A stretch of 64,000 bases of DNA from Minisyncoccota bacterium (GTDB lineage Bacteria; Patescibacteriota; Minisyncoccia; Phycocordibacterales; GWA1-40-21), in contig JBAYKL010000003.1 of NCBI GenBank assembly GCA_041664585.1, forward strand, positions 49,074-113,073, in the 5' to 3' direction. Every line of letters begins with the position of its first letter. Within the stretch, counting starts at the first letter, position 1. Under the pieces are notes generated by a model. The model was not told the origin of the DNA. It saw only the letters and a program-made list of their open reading frames with translations, and did no database searches. This document shows positions 29,104 through 39,224 of the stretch, one piece after another. The position numbers and the translations under genes were made by a program.

Positions 29104-29469
29104 TTATTCATGTACCCCTTCTATTACGAAGTAGAGGGATACTATGGAGCAGGCAGTGATTGCCATCAAAACTAAGCTGAAAAATTTCCAACAGAAACCT
29201 GGTGCGAAAATTAGACAGCCGAGTGATATTCCAAGACCCAGTGAATTGATCATTAGAGCAATGGTTTTTGATTTTTTTGCTACCCCGCCATCTTTTTGTT
29301 CTTCAAAGAAAGCGGCTCCCACCAAGATGCAACATATTGCGACTATCACGAAGATTTCAAATCTTGGTATGTCGATGCAGCTCATGAAAAAGCATCCAAT
29401 TAATCCGATTGTTATTGCCCAAGCAATCTTTGGCATACCAAGTTCGAAAGGTTCCATTTTTTGTATCAT
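29104..29469 (-). CDS. Hypothetical 4-TM membrane protein (SD-led cassette)
   Basis: AAAAGGAG 6 nt before ATG; own terminator ~29070-29096. Confidence 0.7.
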   Translation of the reverse strand: MIQKMEPFELGMPKIAWAITIGLIGCFFMSCIDIPRFEIFVIVAICCILVGAAFFEEQKDGGVAKKSKTIALMINSLGLGISLGCLIFAPGFCWKFFSLVLMAITACSIVSLYFVIEGVHE

Positions 29470-29581
29470 AGGGTACTCCTTTTTTTGTCTCTATCTCAAA
29501 TATACTATTTATAAATTATAGGTCAATAGTATTTTCGACTTCTTTATAAATTTTACAAAAAATGCTATCATGTTGCATAAT

Positions 29582-31558
29582 ATGAATAATATAAAAAATA
29601 ATTTAAATAAGCCTAAACTTCCTATTCCACCAAAAGGAAAATTTCCAAAGATGATTAAAAAACCTTCTAAGGGTCCACTTTCTGTATTTAGTAAAATACT
29701 AAATGCAATTTTCATACTTCTCCTCATTTCTACTCTATACTCAATGGTTTTTACTGGAGATCCTAAAAAAGATGAGATATCTCTTTCCCAACTTGCAACA
29801 GACATATCTTTAGGAACAGTAGAAAAAATTGTTGTAAAAGGAGACAGTCTTTCTATTACATATTTGGCTACAAGTACTGCGACTGGTACCAAAGCGATAA
29901 TCAAAGAATCAAGAAAGGAGGAAGGGGTCGCACTTACACAAACACTTTCAAATTACAAAGTGTCACAAGACAAGTTGGCAAAGATAAATATTGATATAGG
30001 AAGTGATACTGGTTTTGGATTTTGGTTTCTAAATCTCGCTCCGTTTTTAATTCCTCTACTTTTAATCGGTGTCTTTATCTGGATGCTCACAAAACAAGTG
30101 AAAGGTGCTGGTATGCAAGCGATGTCTTTTGGACAGTCAAAAGCTAGAGTGATACTTCCGACAGATAAAAAACAGAGAGTAACTTTTGCAGATGTTGCAG
30201 GTGCGAAAGAAGCAAAAGAAGAGCTTGCTGAAGTTGTGGATTTCTTGAAAAATCCTAAAAAGTTTTTGGATATTGGAGCAAAAATTCCCAAAGGAATTCT
30301 TCTCATGGGTGCGCCTGGTACAGGAAAAACTTTACTAGCGAGAGCGGTAGCTGGAGAAGCTGGAGTAGCATTCTTTTCAATCTCTGGATCTGAATTCGTA
30401 GAAATGTTTGTGGGTGTGGGCGCTTCTCGTGTAAGAGATTTATTTAAAATGGCAAAGGTAGCAGCACCAGCTATTATATTTATAGATGAAATAGACGCAG
30501 TGGGTAGGGTACGTGGTGGAGGAATGGGTGGAGGTAATGATGAAAGAGAACAAACCTTAAACCAGATACTTGTAGAAATGGATGGTTTTGAACCAAATGT
30601 AAAAGTTATTGTTATGGCTGCTACAAACAGACCAGATGTACTTGATCCTGCACTCTTAAGGCCAGGAAGATTCGATAGAAGAGTTACTATAGATTTGCCA
30701 GATAGAAACGACAGAGAAGCAATTTTGAAAGTCCACTCAAAAGAAAAACCTTTTGCTGAGGATGTAAATCTTAGAACTATTGCAGAAAGAACTCCAGGAT
30801 TTTCTGGTGCAGACCTGTATTCTCTTATGAACGAAGGTGCGATACTCGCTGCAAGAGAAAGCAGACAAAAAGTTTCTCAGTTTGATCTTATCCGTTCCAT
30901 AGAAAAAGTAATGATGGGTCCAGAAAGAAAGAGTCATATACTTTCAAAACAAGAAAAGAAAATTACTGCGTATCACGAAGCGGGACACGCCCTTGTTTCT
31001 TCACTTCTTACCTATGCAGACCCAGTACATAAAATTTCTATAATCTCTCGTGGAAGAGCTGCTGGATATACTTTGCACCTACCATTTGAAGATAGAAAAT
31101 TACAATCAAGGAAAGAATTTTTGGATGATATTGCTGTCACTCTTGCTGGATATGTTACAGAAAAAATGATTTTTGATGATCTTACTACTGGTCCATCAAA
31201 CGATTTGCAAGTATCAAGCGCTCTCGCTAGAGACATGGTTACTAAATACGGTATGTCAGATAAGATTGGCCCAGTAGCTCTTGAGGGGGAAGGTGGCAGA
31301 TCGCTTTTTGGTAGAGGAGTAAGCGACAAAGAATATTCTGACAAAGTAAATGCAGTTATAGACTCAGAAGTTTCTGAAATAATTGATTCAAATATGAAGA
31401 GGGCAGAACACATTCTCAAGGAACATAAAAAGGCTCTTGATGCTATCGCAACTAGATTAGTAGAGACAGAGACAATAGAAAGGGAAGAGTTTGAAAAACT
31501 TTTGGTTGCAAATGGAATTGTACCTAAGAAGAAAGAAGATATAGAACATTTGGGATAA
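29582..31558 (+). CDS. ftsH: ATP-dependent zinc metalloprotease FtsH
   Basis: 2 TM, GAPGTGKT, IFIDEIDAVG, TNRPDVLDPALLRPGRFDR, HEAGH. Confidence 0.98.
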   Translation: MNNIKNNLNKPKLPIPPKGKFPKMIKKPSKGPLSVFSKILNAIFILLLISTLYSMVFTGDPKKDEISLSQLATDISLGTVEKIVVKGDSLSITYLATSTATGTKAIIKESRKEEGVALTQTLSNYKVSQDKLAKINIDIGSDTGFGFWFLNLAPFLIPLLLIGVFIWMLTKQVKGAGMQAMSFGQSKARVILPTDKKQRVTFADVAGAKEAKEELAEVVDFLKNPKKFLDIGAKIPKGILLMGAPGTGKTLLARAVAGEAGVAFFSISGSEFVEMFVGVGASRVRDLFKMAKVAAPAIIFIDEIDAVGRVRGGGMGGGNDEREQTLNQILVEMDGFEPNVKVIVMAATNRPDVLDPALLRPGRFDRRVTIDLPDRNDREAILKVHSKEKPFAEDVNLRTIAERTPGFSGADLYSLMNEGAILAARESRQKVSQFDLIRSIEKVMMGPERKSHILSKQEKKITAYHEAGHALVSSLLTYADPVHKISIISRGRAAGYTLHLPFEDRKLQSRKEFLDDIAVTLAGYVTEKMIFDDLTTGPSNDLQVSSALARDMVTKYGMSDKIGPVALEGEGGRSLFGRGVSDKEYSDKVNAVIDSEVSEIIDSNMKRAEHILKEHKKALDAIATRLVETETIEREEFEKLLVANGIVPKKKEDIEHLG

Positions 31559-31645
31559 CAAGAAAAAAGGAGTTTTTAAACTCCTTTTTTCTTGTATTAT
31601 TTTTTGATGGTGATAATGTATTTATAGAAAACAAAAGGAGGTCTT

Positions 31646-31927
31646 ATGCATTGCGCTTGTCTTTTGTCTGTGATTTTTGGTTTGATGCTTATCTATATAG
31701 GTTCGAGATCTGTCACAGATTATTTTTTTTACAGAAACGTCGTTGATCGCGGAACAAAAAGTTTGAAAGATAAAATACGCTTTTATCTAATTAACCTTTT
31801 TGTTGGTTGTTTCTGTGATTCAAAGTGCTGTGATCTTGGTTCATTCTGGCCTCATTACAAGAAAATGAGTAACATCGGGATGATCATGGTTCTTTTGTCG
31901 GTACTAATTATTTGTTTGACGAAGTGA
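31646..31927 (+). CDS. Small Cys-rich membrane protein (SD-led cassette)
   Basis: AAAAGGAGG 4 nt before ATG; hairpin-U tract 31933-31961. Confidence 0.65.
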   Translation: MHCACLLSVIFGLMLIYIGSRSVTDYFFYRNVVDRGTKSLKDKIRFYLINLFVGCFCDSKCCDLGSFWPHYKKMSNIGMIMVLLSVLIICLTK

Positions 31928-31967
31928 TTTAATAACAGGGCTACGGAAGCTCTGTTTTTTTATGATG

Positions 31968-32041
31968 TACGCCTGCCTGGATTCGAACCAGGGACCCCCG
32001 AGGTATAAGCTCGATGCTCTAACCAGCTGAGCTACAGGCGT
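31968..32041 (-). tRNA. tRNA-Ile(UAU)
   Basis: ACGCCTG/CAGGCGT acceptor, AGCTCAGCTGGTTAGAGC D arm, CGAG-CT-TAT-AC-CTCG anticodon arm, GGTTCGAATCC. Confidence 0.92.
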
Positions 32042-32122
32042 ATATGAAAGATATTATCTTAAAAATGACTTTTTCGCAATGTGTTTTTGCTAGCACCTTA
32101 CATTGTATGATATTATTAATCT

Positions 32123-33139
32123 ATGGAAAATTTACCTAAATTTGAAGTAATTGGAAATGTACCAGAGGAAGAAAAAGATAAATACAGGTCTTATAAAAAA
32201 GATATCTTTATTAAACAGGGTGAAATGTTACCCAAAGAAAGAGCCGAGGAACTTAATGCACTCGAGCAAGAAAAAACCCCAGAAGAAATTGTTATATTAA
32301 ATCTTATAAATGAAGAGACGAGTCGCTTGATGAAAGAATGCGGGGTTGAACCTTTTGATATCCCTATACAGAATTATCATATTTTACCACCAGAAGGTCT
32401 AAAAAAGTTTTTTGGTACGGATTCTGATGGCGTTTATAAAAATTACGCTGTTGGTTTGTCTTCCGAATTACGTTCGAGTCTTTTAGATTTTGCGACAACC
32501 GCTTTTCATGAATCATTGCACATGAAATCTAGAAGTATATGGGAATTATATGAAGATGAAAAAGGGAAAATCAAACATAATGAATATAGAGGCGGTGTGA
32601 GATCCTTTTCGCCAAACACAAAAGATGAGAAGGGTATACGCGTCGGTCATTTTTCTGGTTTAGATGAAGCTATAGTATCGTGGCAGGAAAAAATATTTTT
32701 GCAAAAATTCTTGAGTATTCCAGAATTAGCTAAAGAAAAACAAGTATATGACTCTGAAGAAAATAAACTATTAAGACAAAAAATCGCTAAAAAGAGAGGT
32801 CTCCCAGAGGATGAAATATTGGGGGTTGATTCTTCTAGTGAGAGAGTTCTCATGTATGGCTATTATGGTCATAGACGGGTTTTAGAGTATGTGTGTGAAG
32901 AGATATCAAAAGAGTTTGATGATAAGTATCAAAGTAGAGAAGATGTCTTTAAAGACTTTTTGAGATCAAATTTTGATGGCAATCTAATACTAATTGCAAG
33001 ATTAATGAAACAAACTTTTGGCGATATGGGATTAAGAGCTCTTAGTACTATGAGGATTGGTTATCCTAGTGGAGGTATCGAGAATTTGTTAGAGATGCTC
33101 AGAAAAATGAGAAGAAACGTTTTGAATGGTAAAAAATAA
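32123..33139 (+). CDS. Hypothetical protein with zincin-like HExxH..E motif
   Basis: AFHESLH followed by GLDEA. Confidence 0.6.
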   Translation: MENLPKFEVIGNVPEEEKDKYRSYKKDIFIKQGEMLPKERAEELNALEQEKTPEEIVILNLINEETSRLMKECGVEPFDIPIQNYHILPPEGLKKFFGTDSDGVYKNYAVGLSSELRSSLLDFATTAFHESLHMKSRSIWELYEDEKGKIKHNEYRGGVRSFSPNTKDEKGIRVGHFSGLDEAIVSWQEKIFLQKFLSIPELAKEKQVYDSEENKLLRQKIAKKRGLPEDEILGVDSSSERVLMYGYYGHRRVLEYVCEEISKEFDDKYQSREDVFKDFLRSNFDGNLILIARLMKQTFGDMGLRALSTMRIGYPSGGIENLLEMLRKMRRNVLNGKK

Positions 33140-33145
33140 TTCTTG

Positions 33146-35305
33146 CTATTCAAAATGTATTTCTTCCATTTTTCTATGTTTCATTTTTTCACAAATAAGT
33201 GGATATTTTGAAAGCGTGTCACCTTGTTTCAGAAGGTATTCTGCTTCGGCTCTAGCTGCTTCAACCATTTTTAGATTTTTAATTGCTTCCATACCTATAT
33301 CAGAAATACCCCATTGTTTATTTCCAGAAAGTTCTCCTGGTCCACGAAGTTTCAAATCGTATTCAGCAAGTTCAAATCCATTTTTCGCTTGTGTAAGCGC
33401 CCTAAGTCTGTCTATTGTTTTGTCAGATTTTGCTTCTGCAAACACATAGCAATATGCCTGATGATTACTTCTTACAACACGCCCTCTTAGCTGGTGAAGT
33501 TGAGCAAGGCCAAATCTTTCTGCTCCCTCAATTATAATTATTGTTGCATTAGGAACATTCACACCGACCTCAACCACAGAAGTAGCACAAAGTATTTGTG
33601 TTTTATATTCTGTAAATTCTTTCATTATCCTGTCTTTTTCTACTGGTGTCATTTTGCTATGTAATACACCGATTTCATATTCAGGGAAAATATCTTTTTT
33701 TAAGCGCTTAGCTTCTTCTTTTACGGACTTTGCTAGTACAGCAGCTTCTTTGGCTGGATCTGGCTCATCTATTCTTGGGCAGATGACATATAGTTGTCTG
33801 CCATCCTTCATTTCTTTACGAATCTTTTCATAAGTTTCTTCTCTTTTATTTTTTAAAACAATTTCTGTGATTATTTGTTTTCTTCCAGTAGGCATTTGGT
33901 CTATAAGAGTAAGGTCTAAGTCTCCGTATACGGTAAGGGCGAGAGTGCGGGGGATTGGAGTGGCCGTCATTGAGAGAAGGTGTGGAGCGATCTTTTCTTT
34001 TTTTAATAATTTTTGTCTTTGGGCTGTTCCGAATCTATGTTGCTCGTCTATTACTACAAAAGATAGATGTTTAAACTTAACAGTTTTTTGTATAAGAGCA
34101 TGTGTACCTATGAGAATATGTATTTCTCCATTCGCTACCCATTTCAAAAGTTGTGTACGAGAAATATCTGTCCAACTTTTTGGATTTACTTTTGAAGGGA
34201 ACTTTTTACATCCACTTCCTGTGATGAGTCCGATATTTATTCCTAAGTAATAGAAATATTTTATGAAAGATTCGAAGTGTTGCTTAGCTAATATTTCAGT
34301 TGGTGCCATATAGGCGACTTGTAATGCACCAAAGGTTTGTCCAAGAGGTCTTGTCGTCACAGCTCCAAATGCAGCAGCAGCAGCAACCGCCGTTTTACCA
34401 GAACCCACATCTCCTTCAAGTAGACGAGACATGGCATGTCCTTTTGCAAAATCTTGGAATAAGGTTTCTATAGCTTTGTTTTGTGCTTCGGTTGCGGTAA
34501 AAGGAAATCTTTTTATAAACCCATCTATTTTATCTTGCGGAGTTTTGATTATGAAAGAAGGTTCCTTTTGCCATTCTAATCTAGCCTTTATTCTTTCAAG
34601 TTGTATAAAGAAGACTTCTTCGAAAGCAAATCTTTTTCTTGCAGATATTGCATGATCTCTTTTTTGTGGAGTATGGATCCAGACTAGCGCAGTCTTAAGG
34701 GTAGGTAAATTATATGTATTTAAAATATATTCTGGTATTGGGTCAGTGATTGTTTCCAGTATTCCACTTTGAAATATTTTTTGTATTGCGTGGTATATCC
34801 AGTTTGAAGTTACCCCTTTGCTTTCTGGGTATACTGGATATAGAGAGTGTGATTCACCATCTTCACCAAATAGAGAATCTCCGACACCAATTGGAAGTTT
34901 TGTGACCGGTTCTATCTTTGGGTTGCTCATGTATAACTCACCCTTTCTATCAGAAACTTTTCCATCAGCTCTTACAAAGAAACCATCCTGGAGCATTTTT
35001 GCTATATATGGTTGATGAAACCACACTGCTTTTATTTTTCCAGACTCATCTTCGATCCAAGCTTCGGACATTGGTATTTTACTTTTAAAGCTTTTGCTGG
35101 TTTTTAATCCAGAAATCTTTCCAAAAATAGTTGCAGATTCTCCAGAGGAGAGACTGGCGATATTTCTTTTTTGTGATGTATCACCATATCTAACAGGGAA
35201 GTGATACAGTAAATCTTCCACAGTTTTAATACTTAATTTTTTTAGAGCTAATTTTTGCCCTTCCAAAATTCTCAGATTTTCTGTAAGTTGGTCATCTAAT
35301 TTCAT
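33146..35305 (-). CDS. recG: ATP-dependent DNA helicase RecG
   Basis: RLLEGDVGSGKT, MAPTEILA, DEQHRFG, MTATPIPRTL, QLHQLRGRV. Confidence 0.98.
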   Translation of the reverse strand: MKLDDQLTENLRILEGQKLALKKLSIKTVEDLLYHFPVRYGDTSQKRNIASLSSGESATIFGKISGLKTSKSFKSKIPMSEAWIEDESGKIKAVWFHQPYIAKMLQDGFFVRADGKVSDRKGELYMSNPKIEPVTKLPIGVGDSLFGEDGESHSLYPVYPESKGVTSNWIYHAIQKIFQSGILETITDPIPEYILNTYNLPTLKTALVWIHTPQKRDHAISARKRFAFEEVFFIQLERIKARLEWQKEPSFIIKTPQDKIDGFIKRFPFTATEAQNKAIETLFQDFAKGHAMSRLLEGDVGSGKTAVAAAAAFGAVTTRPLGQTFGALQVAYMAPTEILAKQHFESFIKYFYYLGINIGLITGSGCKKFPSKVNPKSWTDISRTQLLKWVANGEIHILIGTHALIQKTVKFKHLSFVVIDEQHRFGTAQRQKLLKKEKIAPHLLSMTATPIPRTLALTVYGDLDLTLIDQMPTGRKQIITEIVLKNKREETYEKIRKEMKDGRQLYVICPRIDEPDPAKEAAVLAKSVKEEAKRLKKDIFPEYEIGVLHSKMTPVEKDRIMKEFTEYKTQILCATSVVEVGVNVPNATIIIIEGAERFGLAQLHQLRGRVVRSNHQAYCYVFAEAKSDKTIDRLRALTQAKNGFELAEYDLKLRGPGELSGNKQWGISDIGMEAIKNLKMVEAARAEAEYLLKQGDTLSKYPLICEKMKHRKMEEIHFE

Positions 35306-35366
35306 TTATTGTATTTTAGCATAAATTGGATACATTTTTGCTGTGGTATAATATTTTGTATTAAAT

Positions 35367-36152
35367 ATGAAAATAAAGATTGCTCATTTGAATATTGAAA
35401 GGGACAAACACTTAGAGTTAGTTCATAACTTTTTTGATTTACATAAACCGGATGTGTTTTGTTTGTGTGAAATTATTGAGTCAAACGCTATTAATTTTGC
35501 AAAAGAATTTGGATATAATTTTGTCTATTCGCCATTGATTAATACAGAGAAGGGTACTCAGGGCTCAGCTATTTTTTCTAAAGTCCCGATTCTTGCTTCT
35601 TCTATTTTAAGATATGATGATCAGGATGGGAGTGTCTTACCGTTTGTTACTTTTGATAGTATTAATAAAGACAAAAATAGACCAAAAGCCATGTTTACAT
35701 ATCATTATGCTATTCTTACCGCAGAAATAGAGAATGACAAAAAAGAAAAGGTTATTGTATCAACCACTCATTTTCCAGTCGCAGACCATTCAACACCCGG
35801 ATTAGATGATCATGTTTTAGACGAGATGAGCGATATAAGGGAGATTAATAAATCTAGGATTTTTTTTGATAGATTTTTATCTATTATTAAAACGCTTCCG
35901 CGACCTTTAATTTTTACTGCAGACATGAATAACTCTAGGGGAGAATATATTTATGATACATTAGCGCACGAGCTTCTAGATTTAACGCCATCAGGTATTG
36001 TGTCAACTATTGATTCCAAAATACATCGTTGCCGGGATTTGAGTTTGGTTGTGGATACCGTAATGGTTAGTAGTGAGATTAATGTAGGTGAGGTAAAGAT
36101 CTTTGATGGAGTAAGTGACCATAAGGCTCTGGTTGCAGAGTTAGATATTTAA
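35367..36152 (+). CDS. Endonuclease/exonuclease/phosphatase family protein
   Basis: LNI, PDVFCLCE, TTHF, ADMN, VD, SDHKAL. Confidence 0.85.
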   Translation: MKIKIAHLNIERDKHLELVHNFFDLHKPDVFCLCEIIESNAINFAKEFGYNFVYSPLINTEKGTQGSAIFSKVPILASSILRYDDQDGSVLPFVTFDSINKDKNRPKAMFTYHYAILTAEIENDKKEKVIVSTTHFPVADHSTPGLDDHVLDEMSDIREINKSRIFFDRFLSIIKTLPRPLIFTADMNNSRGEYIYDTLAHELLDLTPSGIVSTIDSKIHRCRDLSLVVDTVMVSSEINVGEVKIFDGVSDHKALVAELDI

Positions 36153-36217
36153 CCCCTCGAAGACTAAAGTTATTTTTTTTGTTATAATCTCTATATTAAA
36201 AGTTATTAATTTATAAA

Positions 36218-36661
36218 ATGATTACATTAACATTAACTGAAATTATTATTAGAATCTCAGTAGCTGTTGGTTTAGGAGCGCTTCTTGGGCTCGAAAGAAC
36301 ATTGGCTGGTAAAAGTGCTGGTTTACGTACTTATGCTATGGTTTCTCTTGGGTCGGCTCTTTTTATATTAATTGCTGAATTAGTTTCTCTTTCTGTACCA
36401 AATTCTAACCCTTTACTTTTAGGTTCCGCTATAATTACTGGTATTGGTTTTATAGGCGCTGGTCTTGTCTTGTTTCAAGATCATAAAGTCACAGGACTTA
36501 CTACTGCCGCTGGTCTCTGGGTTTCTGCTGGTATAGGTATGGCTTCTGGATACGGATTATATCAGGTTGCTACCGTAGCCTTCATTGCCGCACTTCTGGT
36601 CTTTACCTTTTTTTGGTTTATAGAAAGCATCTTAAAAAAGCTCTCATATAATAGAGACTAG
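36218..36661 (+). CDS. MgtC/SapB family membrane protein
   Basis: GLER, AGLRT, GIGFIGAG, GLTTAAGLW. Confidence 0.93.
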   Translation: MITLTLTEIIIRISVAVGLGALLGLERTLAGKSAGLRTYAMVSLGSALFILIAELVSLSVPNSNPLLLGSAIITGIGFIGAGLVLFQDHKVTGLTTAAGLWVSAGIGMASGYGLYQVATVAFIAALLVFTFFWFIESILKKLSYNRD

Positions 36662-36702
36662 AGATATAATAAAAAAACGAGGTATTTTATACCTCGTTTT
36701 TT

Positions 36703-37365
36703 TTATTTTTTCTCTTTGATTTTTCTCATACTCATTAAAACTAATAACAGTAAGAATAAGAATAGAGCAGAGATGGTTTTCCCTAATATTCCAGACGCGA
36801 GCATATAGGCTGGTTCCTCGAAAAAATTAATCTTTAATTTCGGCAAACTCATTATTGTTTTCATTGCTTCGTTTAGTGGGAATGATTCTTCTTGCCCTAC
36901 GGTTAGCACATATTTCCCCACGTTGTCTTCCGAAGTGATTTCAATTAAGTATTCTCCAGTTTTAACATACTTGGTTTCTTCTGGACCTTTGAGATAGAAA
37001 TCTCCAGCGAATTCTTCGTAATAACTTTCCCAGTTTGTTTTGTTTCCGTCCAGATACATTTTTATATCACTATCTGGTGAACTTAGTTTAATCATCTTGG
37101 CTGAAAGTCCAACGGAAGCGTTTCCGTTATCTGGAACAAGTAAACCAAAATATATTATAGATGGCTGATCTATTTTTATCTTGTAATATTCAGGTTTATT
37201 TTTTAATATTCCGTAATATGCCTGTGATATTTCTGGCTTTTCTATGATGATAGGGGATATGGATGTATTTTTTATATCCCAAACCAACCTTGGATTATGT
37301 GCTGATGCTTGGTTAGCGATGATTATCGTACCGAGTATCACCGTGATTGATAGAATTTTTTTCAT
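36703..37365 (-). CDS. Secreted protein with C-terminal membrane anchor
   Basis: Signal peptide ending ASA-HNP, YYEEF, GKYVL.VG..E, C-terminal TM. Confidence 0.65.
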   Translation of the reverse strand: MKKILSITVILGTIIIANQASAHNPRLVWDIKNTSISPIIIEKPEISQAYYGILKNKPEYYKIKIDQPSIIYFGLLVPDNGNASVGLSAKMIKLSSPDSDIKMYLDGNKTNWESYYEEFAGDFYLKGPEETKYVKTGEYLIEITSEDNVGKYVLTVGQEESFPLNEAMKTIMSLPKLKINFFEEPAYMLASGILGKTISALFLFLLLLVLMSMRKIKEKK

Positions 37366-37427
37366 TAGGATTATTATATCAAATTAAAATAAAAAAAGGT
37401 GGCATCTTTTTATGATGCCACCAGGTA

Positions 37428-37781
37428 CTAGCTTTCGCTTTTTTGAATTTCTTGGCATTTCATACACCGCTCTTTTTTCTTGACTGGACAATGTGTCCAT
37501 CCGCTGTGTAGTCTGCTCAATTCACATTCTTCACCGAAGGAACAATTTTCTATATCTTCGCAAAGACGTTGGAAGTCTAGCCTTTTTTGTGCAAAGGCTT
37601 CCGCCCCTCCGTTTTTTACGAAATGTTCAACCAACCATTCTGGGTGTTTGTACAATTCCCAATCATCGCAGTTGTGTTCTATTCTCGTCGCGTGACGGTT
37701 TACAGGACAAGTTAGAATTTCAATTATCTGTTTTGTATTGTATGCGTTTAGATCAAACAAGGGTGTAACAACTTTTTTCAT
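37428..37781 (-). CDS. Cys/His-rich hypothetical protein (SD-led cassette)
   Basis: AAAAGGAG 5 nt before ATG; terminator 37391-37422. Confidence 0.7.
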   Translation of the reverse strand: MKKVVTPLFDLNAYNTKQIIEILTCPVNRHATRIEHNCDDWELYKHPEWLVEHFVKNGGAEAFAQKRLDFQRLCEDIENCSFGEECELSRLHSGWTHCPVKKKERCMKCQEIQKSES

Positions 37782-37896
37782 TTGTTCTCCTTTTTTGCTT
37801 CCTTTTTAATATTAACAGATATATAGATTTTGCCAAATTATTATAAAAAATAACTAGAATAATACATCATAATATGTTAATCTATTTTTGTTAGAT

Positions 37897-37983
37897 GGAG
37901 ACGTGTCAGAGTGGTCTAATGTGCCTCTTTGCTAAAGAGGTGGGGTGTAAAAGCCCCCGCTGGTTCGAATCCAGCCGTCTCCG
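37897..37983 (+). tRNA. tRNA-Ser(GCU)
   Basis: GGAGACG/CGTCTCC acceptor, CCTCT-TT-GCT-AA-AGAGG, long variable arm. Confidence 0.95.
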
Positions 37984-38006
37984 CAGGAATATATAAGGTA
38001 TTGTAG

Positions 38007-38636
38007 ATGATTAGATTACCTAAAATTTATATAGCAAGACATGGACAGGATGAAGATAATTCATTCGGCATTTTGAATGGTCACAGAGATACACAGCTGA
38101 CCGATATTGGAGTAGGACAGGCCGAAGCTTTAGCTAATGCCATAGAAGAAAATAATCTTGGGATAACTAAAATATATTCTTCTCCATTAAAACGTGCATA
38201 TCAAACAGCAGGGATTGTTGCTTCTAAACTTTCTCTTGAGGAACCAGAGGTTTTAGATTTAATCATCGAACGTGATTTTGGAATTATGACTGGTAAACCA
38301 ACAAAAGATATAGAATTGTTATGTTCACCTGAAATAATAAAAACAGACACCATTACCTATTTTTTGTCCCCAGTTAATGCAGAAACATTTCCAGATTTAA
38401 TTAACAGAGCGAAAGAGGTTCTTAGGTTTATAAATTTAAAATGTAATCTATCAGATGTAATTCTTTTGGTATCACACGGTGATATAGGGAAAATGATTTA
38501 TGCAGCTTACTATAATTTAGATTGGAAGGATGTTTTAACAAAATTTCATTTTGGAAATAGCGAGATTATTCTTCTTTCAGAAGACGTTGAGATAAAGGAT
38601 AGATACGTACATAAGGTAGAACAATATAATCTTTAA
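38007..38636 (+). CDS. Histidine phosphatase family protein
   Basis: RHGQ, SSPLKRAYQTA, ERDFG, VSHG. Confidence 0.92.
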   Translation: MIRLPKIYIARHGQDEDNSFGILNGHRDTQLTDIGVGQAEALANAIEENNLGITKIYSSPLKRAYQTAGIVASKLSLEEPEVLDLIIERDFGIMTGKPTKDIELLCSPEIIKTDTITYFLSPVNAETFPDLINRAKEVLRFINLKCNLSDVILLVSHGDIGKMIYAAYYNLDWKDVLTKFHFGNSEIILLSEDVEIKDRYVHKVEQYNL

Positions 38637-38686
38637 TTAAGATTACTTTTGTTTTTTCCTAATTAATATATATAATATCTTTAGTT

Positions 38687-39220
38687 ATGGGTTTAATAGA
38701 AACAAAAGAAAAAGGTTTTACTCTGATAGAGCTTTTGGTAGTAATAGCTATAATTGCAATGCTGAGCTCTGTTGTTATGGCCGGTTTTAGTGATACTAAA
38801 CAGAAGGGTAGAGATGCTGCTAGAGTAAGGGCCTTACAGGAGGTGAGAAGCGCTTTGCAACTTTATGCTACTGATAAGGGAGGGTTTCCTCCGGGTACCA
38901 ATATATTAGGATCTTCTAATTTATTAACTGAACTTGCGGTAAACAATAAATACATAGCGTCTGTTGATTCTAGTCTAAGATATAGCGGAGTAAATTCCGA
39001 TGGAACTTATTGTAATCCGTCAGTATATACAGTGTGCTCTGGGTACCATATTGGAATAGCCCTAGAAAGAAGAGACAGTGGTGTTTTAGTGAATGACAGT
39101 AACTCAATTCTGCCAACTGGTAGTGGTCCAGGCACAGCGGTGATAGGAACAAATGATACTTGTGGGCCTGCTGGTGTAGTCGGAGGCACCCCAGTATTGT
39201 GCTATGATATTTTACAGTAA
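38687..39220 (+). CDS. Type IV pilin / pseudopilin-like protein
   Basis: KGFTLIELLVVIAII class III signal. Confidence 0.9.
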   Translation: MGLIETKEKGFTLIELLVVIAIIAMLSSVVMAGFSDTKQKGRDAARVRALQEVRSALQLYATDKGGFPPGTNILGSSNLLTELAVNNKYIASVDSSLRYSGVNSDGTYCNPSVYTVCSGYHIGIALERRDSGVLVNDSNSILPTGSGPGTAVIGTNDTCGPAGVVGGTPVLCYDILQ

Positions 39221-39224
39221 TTTC

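Noticed and set aside
31925-31927. Alternative genetic code (UGA read as Gly)
   Set aside because: All conserved genes translate full length in code 11 with no in-frame TGA
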